A stretch of 64,000 nucleotides of DNA, taken from NCBI RefSeq assembly GCF_006345805.1, contig NC_043012.1:4836001-4900000 (forward strand), in the 5' to 3' direction. This document shows positions 11,295-23,408 of this stretch, piece after piece; position 1 is the first letter of the stretch; each line of letters opens with the position of its first letter. The DNA is from Octopus sinensis (taxonomy: Eukaryota). The translations under genes were made by a program, and so were the position numbers. A model generated the notes under the pieces. The model saw nothing but the letters and a program-made list of their open reading frames with translations, had not been told where the DNA came from and did not search any database.

Positions 11295-12609
11295 GTAATA
11301 ATAACAATAATAATGATGATGATGATAATGATGATGATGATGATGATGATGATGAAAATGATTTCGTCGTCAAACGAAGAATGAGGGAACAAAACAAAGA
11401 CAAACATCAAATATAGGGGTTTATATATAAGGCATTAAGAGGGCAAAAAAAAGGTATATAAATGTAAGAAAGTAACACAGTATAGAATGAGGCAGAGAAG
11501 GGAAGCATACGTAGTTTATAATAGAAAAAATGAAATGAAATACAATAGAATAAAAAGTGGTGGGTGATAGTATGGCCCTCTTTGCTTACGAGCGTGTCTA
11601 GAGTGAGAATTCTTTCTATTATAGGCCCAACTCCTAAATTTTGAACAAGGTGGGATGAGTCAGTTGTTTCACATCAAGTCCTCGAAAAACGGATTCTTTT
11701 ATCGATTACAGAATGGTGAAAGTCTAATTTGAATTTACAGCCAGATGGGAATTACGAAATTTAAAACTGAAACGCTTTATTGCGGTGACCTTATTTGAAA
11801 TTCTGTTTTTCATGTTGCAGTGTCCCTGTATATATATTTCTTTACTACCCACAAGGGGCTAAAACACGAGGGGACAAACGAGGACAGACAAACGGATGAA
11901 GTCGATTACATCGACCCCAGTGCGTAACTGAGGTACTTAATTTATCGACCCCGAAAGGATGAAAGGCAAAGTTGACCTCGGCGGAATTTGAATCCAGAAC
12001 GTAACGGCAGACGAAATACGGCTACGCATTCGCCCGGCGTGCTAACGTTTCTGCCAGCTCGCCGCCGTAATAATAACAATAATAATGATGATGATGATAA
12101 TGATGATGATGATGATGATGATGATGAAAATGATTTCGTCGTCAAACGAAGAATGAGGGAACAAAACAAAGACAAACATCAAATATAGGGGTTTATATAT
12201 AAGGCATTAAGAGGGCAAAAAAAAGGTATATAAATGTAAAGAAAGTATACACAGTATAGAATGAGGCAGAGAAGGGAAGCATACGTAGTTTATAATAGAA
12301 AAAATGAAATGAAATACAATAGAATAAAAAGTGGTGGGTGATAGTATGGCCCTCTTTGCTTACGAGCGTGTCTAGAGTGAGAATTCTTTCTATTATAGGC
12401 CCAACTCCTAAATTTTGAACAAGGTGGGATGAGTCAGTTGTTTCACCTCAAGTCCTCGAAAAACGGATTCTTTTATCGATTACAGAATGGTGAAAGTCTA
12501 ATTTGAATTTACAGCCAGATTGGAATTTACGAAATTTAAAACTGAAACGATTTATTGCGTTGACCTTATTTGAAATCTGTTTTTCATGTTGCAAGTGTCC
12601 CTGTATATA
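11295..12609. repeat. Tandem duplication of about 775 bp (unique part 11295-11834 repeated at 12067-12609, separated by a SINE-A at 11835-12066)
   Basis: Near-identical sequence differing mostly by small indels. Confidence 0.95.
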
Positions 12610-12840
12610 TATTTCTTTACTACCCACAAGGGGCTAAACACAGAGGGGACAAACGAGGACAGACAAACGGATGAAGTCGATTACATCGACCCCAGTGCGT
12701 AACTGGTACTTAATTTATCGACCCCGAAAGGATGAAAGGCAAAGTTGACCTCGGCGGAATTTGAATCCAGAACGTAACGGCAGACGAAATACGGCTACGC
12801 ATTTCGCCCGGCGTGCTAACGTTTCTGCCAGCTCACCGCC
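12610..12840 (-). mobile_element. SINE-A with 15-bp target-site duplication
   Basis: GTGTCCCTGTATATA at 12595-12609 and 12844-12858. Confidence 0.92.
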
Positions 12841-12944
12841 TATGTGTCCCTGTATATAACATTGTGTCTGAAAATGGAGCTGCGGAAAGTATATTATCAG
12901 TAATATGTAACATAATCAAATACGAGTGTACCTTATTCGGCGCA

Positions 12945-13064
12945 TTCATGGTTGCGTGCTAAGGGGACTAGCTTTGCAGCCGCGTGATTTCGGGTTTAGG
13001 TTCATTGTGCGGCAACTTGGGCAGATGCCCTCGACTATAATCCAGGGAACTGTATTGAAACCAA

Positions 13065-13130
<66 letters not shown>

Positions 13131-13292
13131 TACACACACACACACACACACTCACACACATACACACATATACACACACATACACACACATAAACACACA
13201 CACACAAACACACACACGCACATACACCACACAACACACACACACAAACACATCAATGTTTATATATGTGTTTGTTTACGTATATAGATATG

Positions 13293-13323
<31 letters not shown>

Positions 13324-13366
13324 ACATATCTATATATGTGTGTGCATGTTTGTACATGCACACACT

Positions 13367-13408
<42 letters not shown>

Positions 13409-13625
13409 CACACAGACACTGTATTTGTCACCTCCGTACACCACTAGACAATCTGTGTTAGTTTGTTTACGCACTTGTAACTTAGCGGTTCGTTAGAATA
13501 GAAGATACCAATAAAATAAGTACAAGACTAAAAACCAAATCTTAAGTACTAGGGTCGATTTGTCCCACTAGAATCTGCGAAAGCAGTGCTCCAGCATTAC
13601 CGCAGTTCATTGACTGAAACGAGTA
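12945..13625 (+). mobile_element. Old SINE-B with a greatly expanded (CA)n interior
   Basis: Degenerate head, AACTTGGGCAGATG, ACTTAGCGGTTCG and GTGCTCCAGCATTACCGCAG tail. Confidence 0.7.
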
Positions 13626-14112
13626 TTATGAAGAAAACATCGGTTCGCGTTAGCTCGAAATTAGCAAATAATTGCTAGTTAATAAACTAGTAAAACGCCA
13701 AACTGTCTTTATTTATTTTATATCTTAAATTCATTTATATTTTAGAAGAAGCAATTTAATTTCGTTTTCGTTTGATATCTATCAGTTTTCCATAGGTAAC
13801 CGAAACATTTGATGTCTGTGTTATAGCTTTCAGAGGGAATGAGTCATATACAAGAAACGATATTAGGATTGCTACCCTCCGGGAATACATACTTTCGTGG
13901 CTCTTTTTCTGGATGTCTTAGCTTGTTTGTTTTGTTTTTGTTTGTATTTATATTTTTACTGAAAGAACGATATCTTATTTCTTTAGATAACTGATTTAAA
14001 GATCAGACACATCCGTAATCGTATCTCGTGGGCTTCATTAATTTTTAATGTAAATGAAACTGAGAATTCAGAGGTGTTCTTTATTTTAGCAGTATTTCTT
14101 TTTTACACCTTG

Positions 14113-14146
<34 letters not shown>

Positions 14147-14902
14147 ATATATATGTATATAAAGATATATATATATATATATGTATTTAGAGAGAAGGGA
14201 GAAATGTTATCTAAAACATAATAAACTCCTTAGAGTATTAAGTTATTGGACAGTGGGGGAGATAGAAAAGTAAAAGTGAGATCCTGTACCGGTAAGATTG
14301 CAGGTTTATTTTTAGATAATCTGATGAAAGACACAGCAGATTCTGACATTTTTACTTTTTGTACTTTAGTTCTTATCTTCAATATTTTATTCATTCGGAT
14401 TTAAAGAGTTGCTATTAGATATCACGGAACAAAGCACGGAGATATCTGAGGTTTCTCAGTTTGATTAACAGATCAACAAATATTCCAAGTTGGCAACGAG
14501 CCAACAAGGAAACATCTAAGTAGTCGCACGATCTTCTGGGATTCCCTCAAGTCATTCCAATATATACCAAGAGTCTCTGATTGGTCCGCAGGCGCCCGTT
14601 TCCACAGATACAGAAGCAGGTATTTTGGTGCATAATAAACTAGAACGGCACCACTCATTAACTAGATTAAAACAGCTTGAAGAAACCATATTGCTAAAAC
14701 CTTATTTTATCGAAAATCACAGCCACATGTTTTACAATCTTCGGTGACACCACTAGATTGCCATTCTGTCGTCAGTTACTGTCGCTACATTATTATTTTC
14801 GCGCCACAAAAAGATCCCTAGATCATTATATTGGTTTGTAAACCTTAACACGCTTCCTATATGGAAGCCAGCGCAGCTCAAGTCATAATTCACCGAGTCA
14901 AC

Positions 14903-14972
14903 GCAGCTTGAGAGAGTGCAGCTTGAGAGAATGCAGCCTGAGAGAGAAAGCAGCTTGAGGGAGTGCAGCTTG
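14903..14972. repeat. 15-bp minisatellite GCAGCTTGAGAGAGT, about 5 copies
   Basis: Seen directly. Confidence 0.9.
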
Positions 14973-15361
14973 AGCCAGCGTAACTCAGAGTTTATAATCA
15001 ACAGAATCATTACTTTCTTCCCTAAAGTAACTAGTGCACTACGAGCTACCCGTTGTATTACTTCGTCCCGTCTAAGAAAAGACAAAGGAAGAAAAACGAA
15101 GGAAACTTTAGATAATGTCTTAGTTGTAGTATAATCACAAAAGAAGCGTTCTGTTTATGAAAACCCACTGGTAGTTGCATTGATAACAATGCGTTAAGAT
15201 GCTGAGTGATTCTGGATCTAGAGTTTTGGCTCGAATAAATGCAACCCTGAGAAAAACAGTTAATGACTAGCTTTAGATATTTTAGGACTGAACAGGAAAA
15301 TAAATGATAGGGTAATTAGGAATAATCGTCGATTTATTATCTATCTATCTATCTATCTATA

Positions 15362-15418
<57 letters not shown>

Positions 15419-15459
15419 CTATCTATCTATCTATCTATCTATAATATATTATATATATA

Positions 15460-15463
15460 TATC

Positions 15464-15498
<35 letters not shown>

Positions 15499-16520
15499 GG
15501 AATAAAACGGAAGATGTGTGTGTGTGTACAGGTCTTTTTCTCGATCCCCCTTAAAATCAAAATTTTTCATCCGATTTCGTTCACGCTGGGAACATACATC
15601 ACTGATGTTTCAGAGATGGTCAAAGGTTCTTCAAGGTTTCCACATAATAAGTAATGTCACCCCTAGGGGATGAAAATACCTCCTTATAGGTAAATAACAA
15701 ATACCAATGATCGTTGCTTCAAGGGACATTAATCTTGATGACGTAGTTATGCTACTTTCACTTCGTCTTTTACTACAATTTTGATAATGCCCATCATCGG
15801 CCGATATTTGCACATTAGGTTACCTTGAGGTAGCCATGCAATTTAAATCAACTCTTAATCATTTTTTAAATGCGTTCAGAAATTAATCCATACTATATAT
15901 ATTATTTGCTTTTACTCATACAAAGTTGTGGTAGTTATACAGCTTTTGGAATGACCATTCACTGTAAACTGTCGATATTTGCACGTTAGCACAAGGCTGT
16001 TCTTGCACACCTACAAATGCAACTGCCACCACTCTTAACTACGACTTACTCAGTAAGCTATCTTCGCAAGAACATCGTTACAGATCAGTTACAAGAACGT
16101 TGTTACCGAGTTCGATCGGGTTACACACTTTCCAACAGAATTTCTCGACTCTCAACATCCTCCAGGACTCTCTCCCGATGAACTTTACTTAAAAGTCAGT
16201 TGCCCTGTCATCCTCCAACGCAATCTAATCTTTTCACATGGATAGTTCTACGTCAGTTGTTCCAAAGTTGGCCGTCTAGACAACTTATTCATCTATGTTC
16301 CTGAAGGAAAACACAAAAACTGTCGTCTACTACAAAGCAGCCCTACAGTAGTTATTCCTCTACTGCACTCTTTACATCTTCGCCAAACTGTAGCCGTTAG
16401 CAATCAGACTTCCTGTAAGCATTCCATTGATATTTTGCTTCATTTCCATGTTTGCTGTTAACAGTATGTTACCTTCAATGACCCTTCTTACTTTACGCAC
16501 GTTGTTCACTCATAAACGTG
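15460..16520 (+). mobile_element. Helitron remnant with internally deleted PIF1-type helicase C-terminus
   Basis: PTNATATTLNYDLLSKL...HFPTEFLDSQHPPGLSPDELYLKVSCPVILQRNL and FSHG*FYVSCSKVGRLDNLFIYVPEGK...VYYKAALQ* match Helitron helicase motifs. Boundaries approximate. Confidence 0.85.
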
Positions 16521-16560
16521 CTCTGACATTTATTTTTGTACATGCCATTATTCTACTTGT

Positions 16561-16860
16561 AGAGGCACATAGCCTAGTGGTTAGAGCAGCGGACACGCGG
16601 TCGAGGGATCGCGGGTTCGAATCTCAGACCGGGCGATGTGTGCGTTTATGAGCGAAATACCTAAGCTCCACGCGGCTCCGGCAGAAGGTAATGGCGAACT
16701 TCTGCTGACACTTTTGTCACAACTTTCTCTCATTCTTTCTCCTGCATCTTGTAGCTCACCTGTGACGGACCGGCGTCCCGTCCAGGCAGGGAACCTATAC
16801 GCCGGGGAAGCCGGGAAATCGGCCCCTATGAGCCAGGCGTGGCTCGAGAAGGAACAAACA
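16561..16860 (+). mobile_element. SINE-C head with alternative 3' tail
   Basis: tRNA-like head GGCACATAGCCTAGTGGTTAGAGC...GGGTTCGAATCTC; body shared with 39443-39830 and 54440-54815; tail GACGGACCGGCGTCCCGTCCAGG differs. Confidence 0.88.
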
Positions 16861-17264
16861 TTATTCTATTTGTGTGTTTGCTATAAATGTTTGATTTTGT
16901 TTATCATTCATGACTTTCATTGAAAAAGCTTCATTGCTGTTCTGTCTGGCATTACGAGTAAAATGGCTATATGCCAAAAAATGCTTCAGGTAAGGTATAA
17001 GATCCCTAATGCCTACTGAAATTGCGATCTCATTTCATAGACCTTCATATATTTCTAACTGCCAAATTTGTGTTCAAAAAATTTTATTCATTATCTAGAA
17101 TGCTTAATACCATATAATAAACTACTAACGGAATCGGTATTTATACATTTTACGTTTATCAGCTTGAAACGACTTCTAACTGCGAGCTAATTCAACTTAC
17201 ACCGTCCAAAGGAGTGTACCATCATAAAGACGGACGGGTGCGTTTGCTAGTATGGAACAAAAAT

Positions 17265-17680
17265 GCAATAGAGGGCCTCAAAAGGTTAGGATAGATTGAA
17301 AACACAAAGACGGACAAGAAAAACGACAAATAGAAGGACAGGCAAAAAATGGTGGGGCATTCTTGGCTTTCTTTCATCAGTCAAGTACCAGAAATAACGA
17401 CCATTTCGGACAGTTACACTTTAGAGGGTTCGATCTGGTTGTCTCCCAAAAAGTCTAAGCTAACAGCATTAGGCCCCTTTGTAAGAAAACTAGCAAGTGT
17501 GTACGGAAACAAAGACGAAAATAAAAAAAAACGGAGAACATGGTACACAATTACGAATACAAGAAATAACAACAGCCGTTTTTCGACTGAGAAAGATTCA
17601 AATGAGCTGGCGTGTATGAAGTGAAAGCCTAAAGGCAGGAACATGGGAAATGGACACGACGTGTTGACGGTCGGAAATAT
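17265..17680 (-). mobile_element. Possible PLE terminal-repeat fragment, related to 43005-43345
   Basis: Shared CTTCAGTC/CATCAGTC and ATTTCGG motifs and A-rich layout; CUGAUGA box on the minus strand near 17385. Confidence 0.4.
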
Positions 17681-17914
17681 ATATATATATATATACATAC
17701 AGCACGGAATTTTGTCAGCGAATATATCACGGCCTCAAAGCGACAAAAATATATTGGCAAATTAAATATAAAAGTTGAAGTGAATCTAACGGTTTTTGTA
17801 TTTTTTAAATGGCTTCCTAACCTTCCACACAGCAATTGTGTTTTCCTTCAGTACACGATCTCAGATCAGGTTACTTGCTATGCAAGTACATCGTATATAT
17901 ATATATACATATAT

Positions 17915-18164
17915 TTGTTATTCTTTTATACTTTTAATGGTTTCAGTCATGTGACTGCGGCCAGGCTGGAGTACCGCCTTTTGTCGAGCAAATCGATCCC
18001 AGGACTTATTCTTTGCACTTCTAGTACTCATTCAATTGGTGTCTTTTGCCGAAGTTACGGGGACGTAAACCCGCCAACATCGGTTGTCAAATGATGGTGG
18101 GGATGACAAACACAGACGCACAAAAACACCCACCCACATATATACACATATATATATTTTTTTT

Positions 18165-18200
<36 letters not shown>
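17915..18200 (-). mobile_element. SINE-B 3' half
   Basis: GACTGCGGCCAGGCTGGAGTACCGCC...ACATCGGTTGTCAA. Confidence 0.8.
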
Positions 18201-18202
<2 letters not shown>

Positions 18203-18778
18203 TATATATATATTCAAGGATAAACGTTGATGATAATTAAGAGGATGATATGATTACTACGACGAAGTCGATGATGATGATGATGATGATGATGATGGTA
18301 AGTATGAATATGTGCCGAGTATAAGAGGCATCTAATTGTTATGTTGTCCAAAATGAGAGGCTAGGGTCATAGCTGCAGGGTCAGCTATGCAATGTGTATG
18401 AAAACCAAATTTATGTCTGTCGGTTTAGAAAATTATATTCAGAATTAATTGAAGATAAATGATTCTGAAATAATTTTCAGTTATTTGAAGTTGGCCGACA
18501 TTTCCTAAGAGATATTGGCAATATGTTCTGTTCTGTCTGCAACCGTAATTTTGTTCGGTGACGAATAGAGATTTCGAGAAGATACATTTTCCACATATAT
18601 CTTTTTTTTTTCATTGATTGATTTTCCACATATGCAGAAATATGCACAAACCATCATATGACGCTGTTGTTGTCGTTGCTGATGTTGTTGTTGTAGTTAG
18701 TGGTGGTGGTGTTGGTGCGAGTGGTTTTGGTGTTTTTCAACCCCGCCCTCCCCAACCTAGATCTTGCAGACATACAAA

Positions 18779-18850
18779 GACGCTCGTGGCCTAGTGGATC
18801 AGGCGTCTGACTTCGAATTAGAAGATTGCGAGTTCGAGTCCACATGTGTT
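18779..18850 (+). pseudogene. tRNA-Arg(TCG)-like pseudogene or isolated tRNA-derived head
   Basis: GACGCTCGTGGCCTAGTGGATCAGGCG-TCTGA-CTTCGAA-TTAGA-AGATTGCGAGTTCGAGTC: D arm, anticodon stem and TCG anticodon (18813-18815) present; 3' T-stem and acceptor strand do not pair. Confidence 0.75.
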
Positions 18851-18867
18851 TGTAAAGACGTTTTATA

Positions 18868-19230
18868 GGCGCAGGCTGCTTCTCAACCACATGGATCCTG
18901 GTTCAGTCCTACAGCGTGGCAACTTGGGCATGTTTCTTCTACTATAACCCCAAGCCGACCAAATTCTTGGAAGTGGATTTAGTTGGCGGAAACTGAAAGA
19001 AGCCCGTCGTCTATCTATATATATGTGTGCGTGTGTCTTTGTGTTTCTGTTTTTCCCCACCACCGCTCGACAACTAGTGTTGGTGTGTTTACGTCCTCGT
19101 AAGTAGTGGTTCATAAAAAGAGATCGGTAGAATAACTACCAATCCCGGGGCAGTTTGTTCGACTGAAACCCTTCAAGGCAGTGCTCCAGCCTGACCACAG
19201 TCAAAAATAACTGGAAGAAGTGAACGACAA
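18868..19230 (+). mobile_element. SINE-B with internal deletion in the head
   Basis: GGCGCAGG...GGTTCAGTCC...AACTGAAAGAAGCCCGTCG...GTGCTCCAGC. Confidence 0.85.
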
Positions 19231-19445
19231 ATAATAAAGGATAAAGCTGGATGTAATCATTTTGTCTATGTTTGTGACTGCGTTTAAGTTTACACTAATC
19301 ACATTAGCCTGATATTTTATTTTGTGCCCTGCCGTTTAGCGGTACGAAAAATAATGATCAATAAAATAGCTACCAGTAACAGTATCAACTAAAACTGGTA
19401 GATGCGTTGAGCCTGAATCAGTACAAGAATTGCCGGATTATACCA

Positions 19446-19483
<38 letters not shown>

Positions 19484-19959
19484 CGCAGATGAACCTTGAT
19501 GATAATTAAGAGAATATGATTATCACGAGCGATTTCCCAGCTTCACATTTCCTGAAGGTTACGTACTTAGAAGATGGCCCACAATTTTCGAGATCTTAAG
19601 ATGATGCTGGAGTAATATTCTTTTAGAGGAGACCCTGTCTCGCCAACTACAGTATGGATTTCATTCATAAATTCGTATATTATAGATTTCTAGACGATGT
19701 GACTGGAATTCGAACTCAAAATAGAGAAAAGTCAAACGTAACTAATCAAACGCCATATGCTATTTTTGTGCAACGTTTTACAAAGTCTGATATCCACCCA
19801 CCATATACAAAGACATATACACATACGCACAGTCATTCACAAATATGTATATACACAAACATAAGCTCATACACGCACAAATATCTATAAATACATTCAT
19901 GCATTAATATATGTAAATGTATATATGTATATATATATATATATATATATTATATACAC

Positions 19960-19992
<33 letters not shown>

Positions 19993-20211
19993 CACATATA
20001 TAATATACCTATATATATAGTTATATATATATATATATATTTTTATATATATATATACATATGAATATATATATGTATATATATTATATATGTATGTATG
20101 TATGTACGTATGTATATATATATTATATACATATATATATATATAGTTAAATTTATATATATATATATATATAATATATATACATATGAATATATATATA
20201 TGTATATATAT

Positions 20212-20290
<79 letters not shown>

Positions 20291-21235
20291 CACATAGATG
20301 CATATGTTTAACGAACATTTCACTCTTTGTAAAAAGTATTCTCTCTTAATGTTGGCAGTCAATGTAGATTGCATGATGGCGGAAACTTATTCATCGCAAC
20401 AAAGGAATCCTAGCAACAACAAGAAATTCAAAGCCATGGGGAAAACAAATAATAAACAAAAAGAAAGAAGAAAACAAAAAGAAAGAACGAAGGAATAGCA
20501 ATGGATAATAATTTATTGATCAAACTGGATCCCGAATGAAAAGGTTTCGCAATCAGAAACCAATCATTGGTCAATAGTGAACAAATTGCACTTTCTCTCT
20601 CGCTATACAATTTTATGAATTGAATGAATCTCAACATAATTTTCATGTTTTACGTATTGCATTTTTTCCGTTTTGTTTTCTCTTTTTGTTTTACATAGTT
20701 TGTCTTGGTGATTGTTATACTGGTAGTATTAGTAGTCGCAGTTATTGCTGTTTTTGTTCTCGATGCTTTTGTTTAGACCGAGGTCGGACGTGATCCAGGA
20801 AACATATCATCAAGTCGTTGCAACCTAGCTACCTCTATGCTATTGCTATTTTTTTTCTCTCTTCAAGAAATAATGTAGTTATGATTACATTGACAAAACG
20901 AGTTCTTTTTACTTTTATATGACAGCAAGCAGTAATTTACGAGGATATTTAGCTGTTACTTCTACTCTAAGCAATCGTGAAGATGGTCTCTCGTTGACTG
21001 GTTGTCTTGGCGACTTGGCAGTAGGGCTGAATATTGCATCGTATTGTTCTGTTTCTTGATAGAAAGAAAGAAATCTCAGCTGCAAATGAAAGCAAGGTGA
21101 CAGATGTATAGAATCTCCGGGTACTTAACAATTCACAATAAAAATCATATTAAGATCTGCAAAGGAAAACAGCCATTCAAATACACACAAAGACGGATAA
21201 ATTCACATACATATTTCTTTAATCCAGTTATCATG

Positions 21236-21364
21236 GGTCAAAATCTTCGTCGCACGCAATGCGACCTGGTCAATGGTAAGATTACAATGACAAGATCGGA
21301 CTGAGATACGCTGTAATCATATCAATGTCCAGGTCGCAGTTCGTGCGACGAAAACTTTAACTCC
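21236..21364. mobile_element. MITE-like foldback with 41-bp or longer imperfect inverted arms
   Basis: TTCGTCGCACGCAATGCGACCTGG...GATTACA (21246-21286) is inverted at 21312-21352. Confidence 0.75.
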
Positions 21365-21486
21365 GCTTCAGACTTAGTGTAGTTTGCAATGACTGATATA
21401 TGTCTTCCAAGTTTGAATTGATTTTGTTTCAACCCCCGATTTCAAATCAAAATACACTTCCACATTTACAATACACCTCCGACATA

Positions 21487-21586
<100 letters not shown>

Positions 21587-21589
21587 ACA

Positions 21590-21670
21590 CAAATGCCTGC
21601 TGCTATAGCCTCAGGCCGACCAACGTCTTCTGAGTGGATTTGATTGACGTAAACTGAGAGAAACCCGGCG

Positions 21671-21730
<60 letters not shown>

Positions 21731-21758
21731 ATGTGTGTGTGTATTTGTCCCCCATGAT

Positions 21759-21760
<2 letters not shown>
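21590..21760 (-). mobile_element. SINE-B internal fragment
   Basis: GCTATAGCCTCAGGCCGACCAA...GTGGATTTG...AACTGAGAGAAACCCG. Confidence 0.75.
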
Positions 21761-21820
<60 letters not shown>

Positions 21821-22175
21821 ATAATAATAATAATAATAATAATGATAATAATAATAATAATAATGGGAAGTAGAAGAGAAAGGTCAATGACGAGGATTTT
21901 AATGATAATTATGTTGATGCTGAGCGGAAGGATGTTGAGTATCAGGAAGGGAAGAAGAAGGAAGAAGAAGAAGAAGAAGAAGAAGAAGAAGAAGAAGAAG
22001 AAAGAAGAAGAAGTAGAAGAAGAAGAAGTAGAAGAAGAAGGAAAAGAAGAAGAAGAAGAAGAAGAAGTAGAAGAAGAAGGAAAAGAAGAAGAAGAAGAAG
22101 AAGAAGAAGAAGAGAAGAAGAAGAAGAAGAAGAAGAAGAAGAAGAAGAAGAAGAAGAGAAGAAGAGGATGATGAC
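21760..22175. repeat. (CTA)n/(AAT)n/(GAA)n microsatellite block
   Basis: Seen directly; includes a duplicated GTAGAAGAAGAAGGAAAAG subunit. Confidence 0.95.
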
Positions 22176-22820
22176 GGTGACAATATTCTTATTGTTAAAA
22201 GGGCGATAGATGAAAGGGCATTGCAGGCACAGTTTACAAAACAGTGGCGGGGGCGGGTGTTATACCAAAATTGGACGAATACCAAAAGAAAGAAACCCCG
22301 ACCTCACCCGCTAAATCCAAACAAAATCCTCCACAGCTCCGGGATTAACCTGAGTGCCAAGTGTAATTGTCTTTCCTTAGTTGTTTACTTGGCCTACAAG
22401 TGCATTTAGACATAATATTTAGTAATTTTACTGGAAGCCTGCATTTTATTTTCGACACTGATCTTCTTGGGGAAGAGAAATTTAACATAGAAACTGTCGA
22501 TCAGATCTTAGCAGAAGTGGAAAGTGCCAGCCCTAAGTTCTTTCATTCGTATACACCACACAGCTTCTTTCGTAGAAGAAAGTGCTTTTCATTCCCGACC
22601 AAACAAATGATGGCTGGGTGATCATCGCAATAAATTTGATTGAAAGACAGATCCGATCTGCCTTAACTTAGGAACAAGAACAACAATGCACATTCACTGG
22701 ACGAGTGCTTGCTGAATGGATATACACAGCCAACAGCACTTCCTTGTAGGCAGAGAGTTTATCTGAAGCAAGCAAGCAATCCTGTCGGCAGCACCACTGT
22801 CCGGCAAGAAATTTCAGGAA

Positions 22821-23408
22821 GGCGGCGAGCTGGCAGAAACGTTAGCACGCCGGGCGAAATGCTTAGCGGTATTTCGTCTGGCGCTACGTTATGAGTTCAA
22901 ATTCCGCCGAGGTCGACTTTGCCTTTCATCTTTTCGGGGTCGATAAGTTAAGTACCAGTTATGCACTGGGGTCGATGTAATCGACTTAATACCTATATCT
23001 GACCTTGTTTGTCCCCTCTATGTTTAGCCCCTTGTGGGTAATAAAGAAGTAGGTAGTTCATCTGCCGCTACGTTCTGAGTTCAAATTCCGCCGAGGTCGA
23101 CTTTGCCTTTCATCCTTTCGGGGTTGATTAAATAAGTACCAGTAGCACACTGGAGTCGATATAATCAACTTGATCCGTGTGTCTGTCCTTGTGTGTCCTC
23201 TCTGTGTTTGCCCCCTTGTGGGTAGTAAAGAAATAGGTATTTCGTCTGCCGTTACGTGGTGAGTTCAAATTCCGCCGAGGTCGACTTTGCCTTTCATCCT
23301 TTCGGGATCGATAAATTAAGTACCAGTTACGCACTGCGGTTGATGTAATCAACTTAATCCATTTGTTTGTTCCCTCTGTGTTTAGCCCATTGTGGGCAAT
23401 AAAGAAAT
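22821..23408 (+). mobile_element. SINE-A trimer (one head, three 184-bp-period units) inside one TSD
   Basis: Units start at 22868, 23052 and 23236; AAGAAATTTCAGGAA(GG) at 22806-22822 and 23409-23425. Confidence 0.93.

Noticed and set aside
13795-13820. GAAACAUUUGAUGUC resembling hammerhead stem III and cleavage site
   Set aside because: No CUGANGA box upstream.
22367-22621. 84-aa ORF with protein-like DLLGEEKFNIETVDQILAEVE
   Set aside because: No recognisable domain and no convincing splice sites; cannot be supported without a search.
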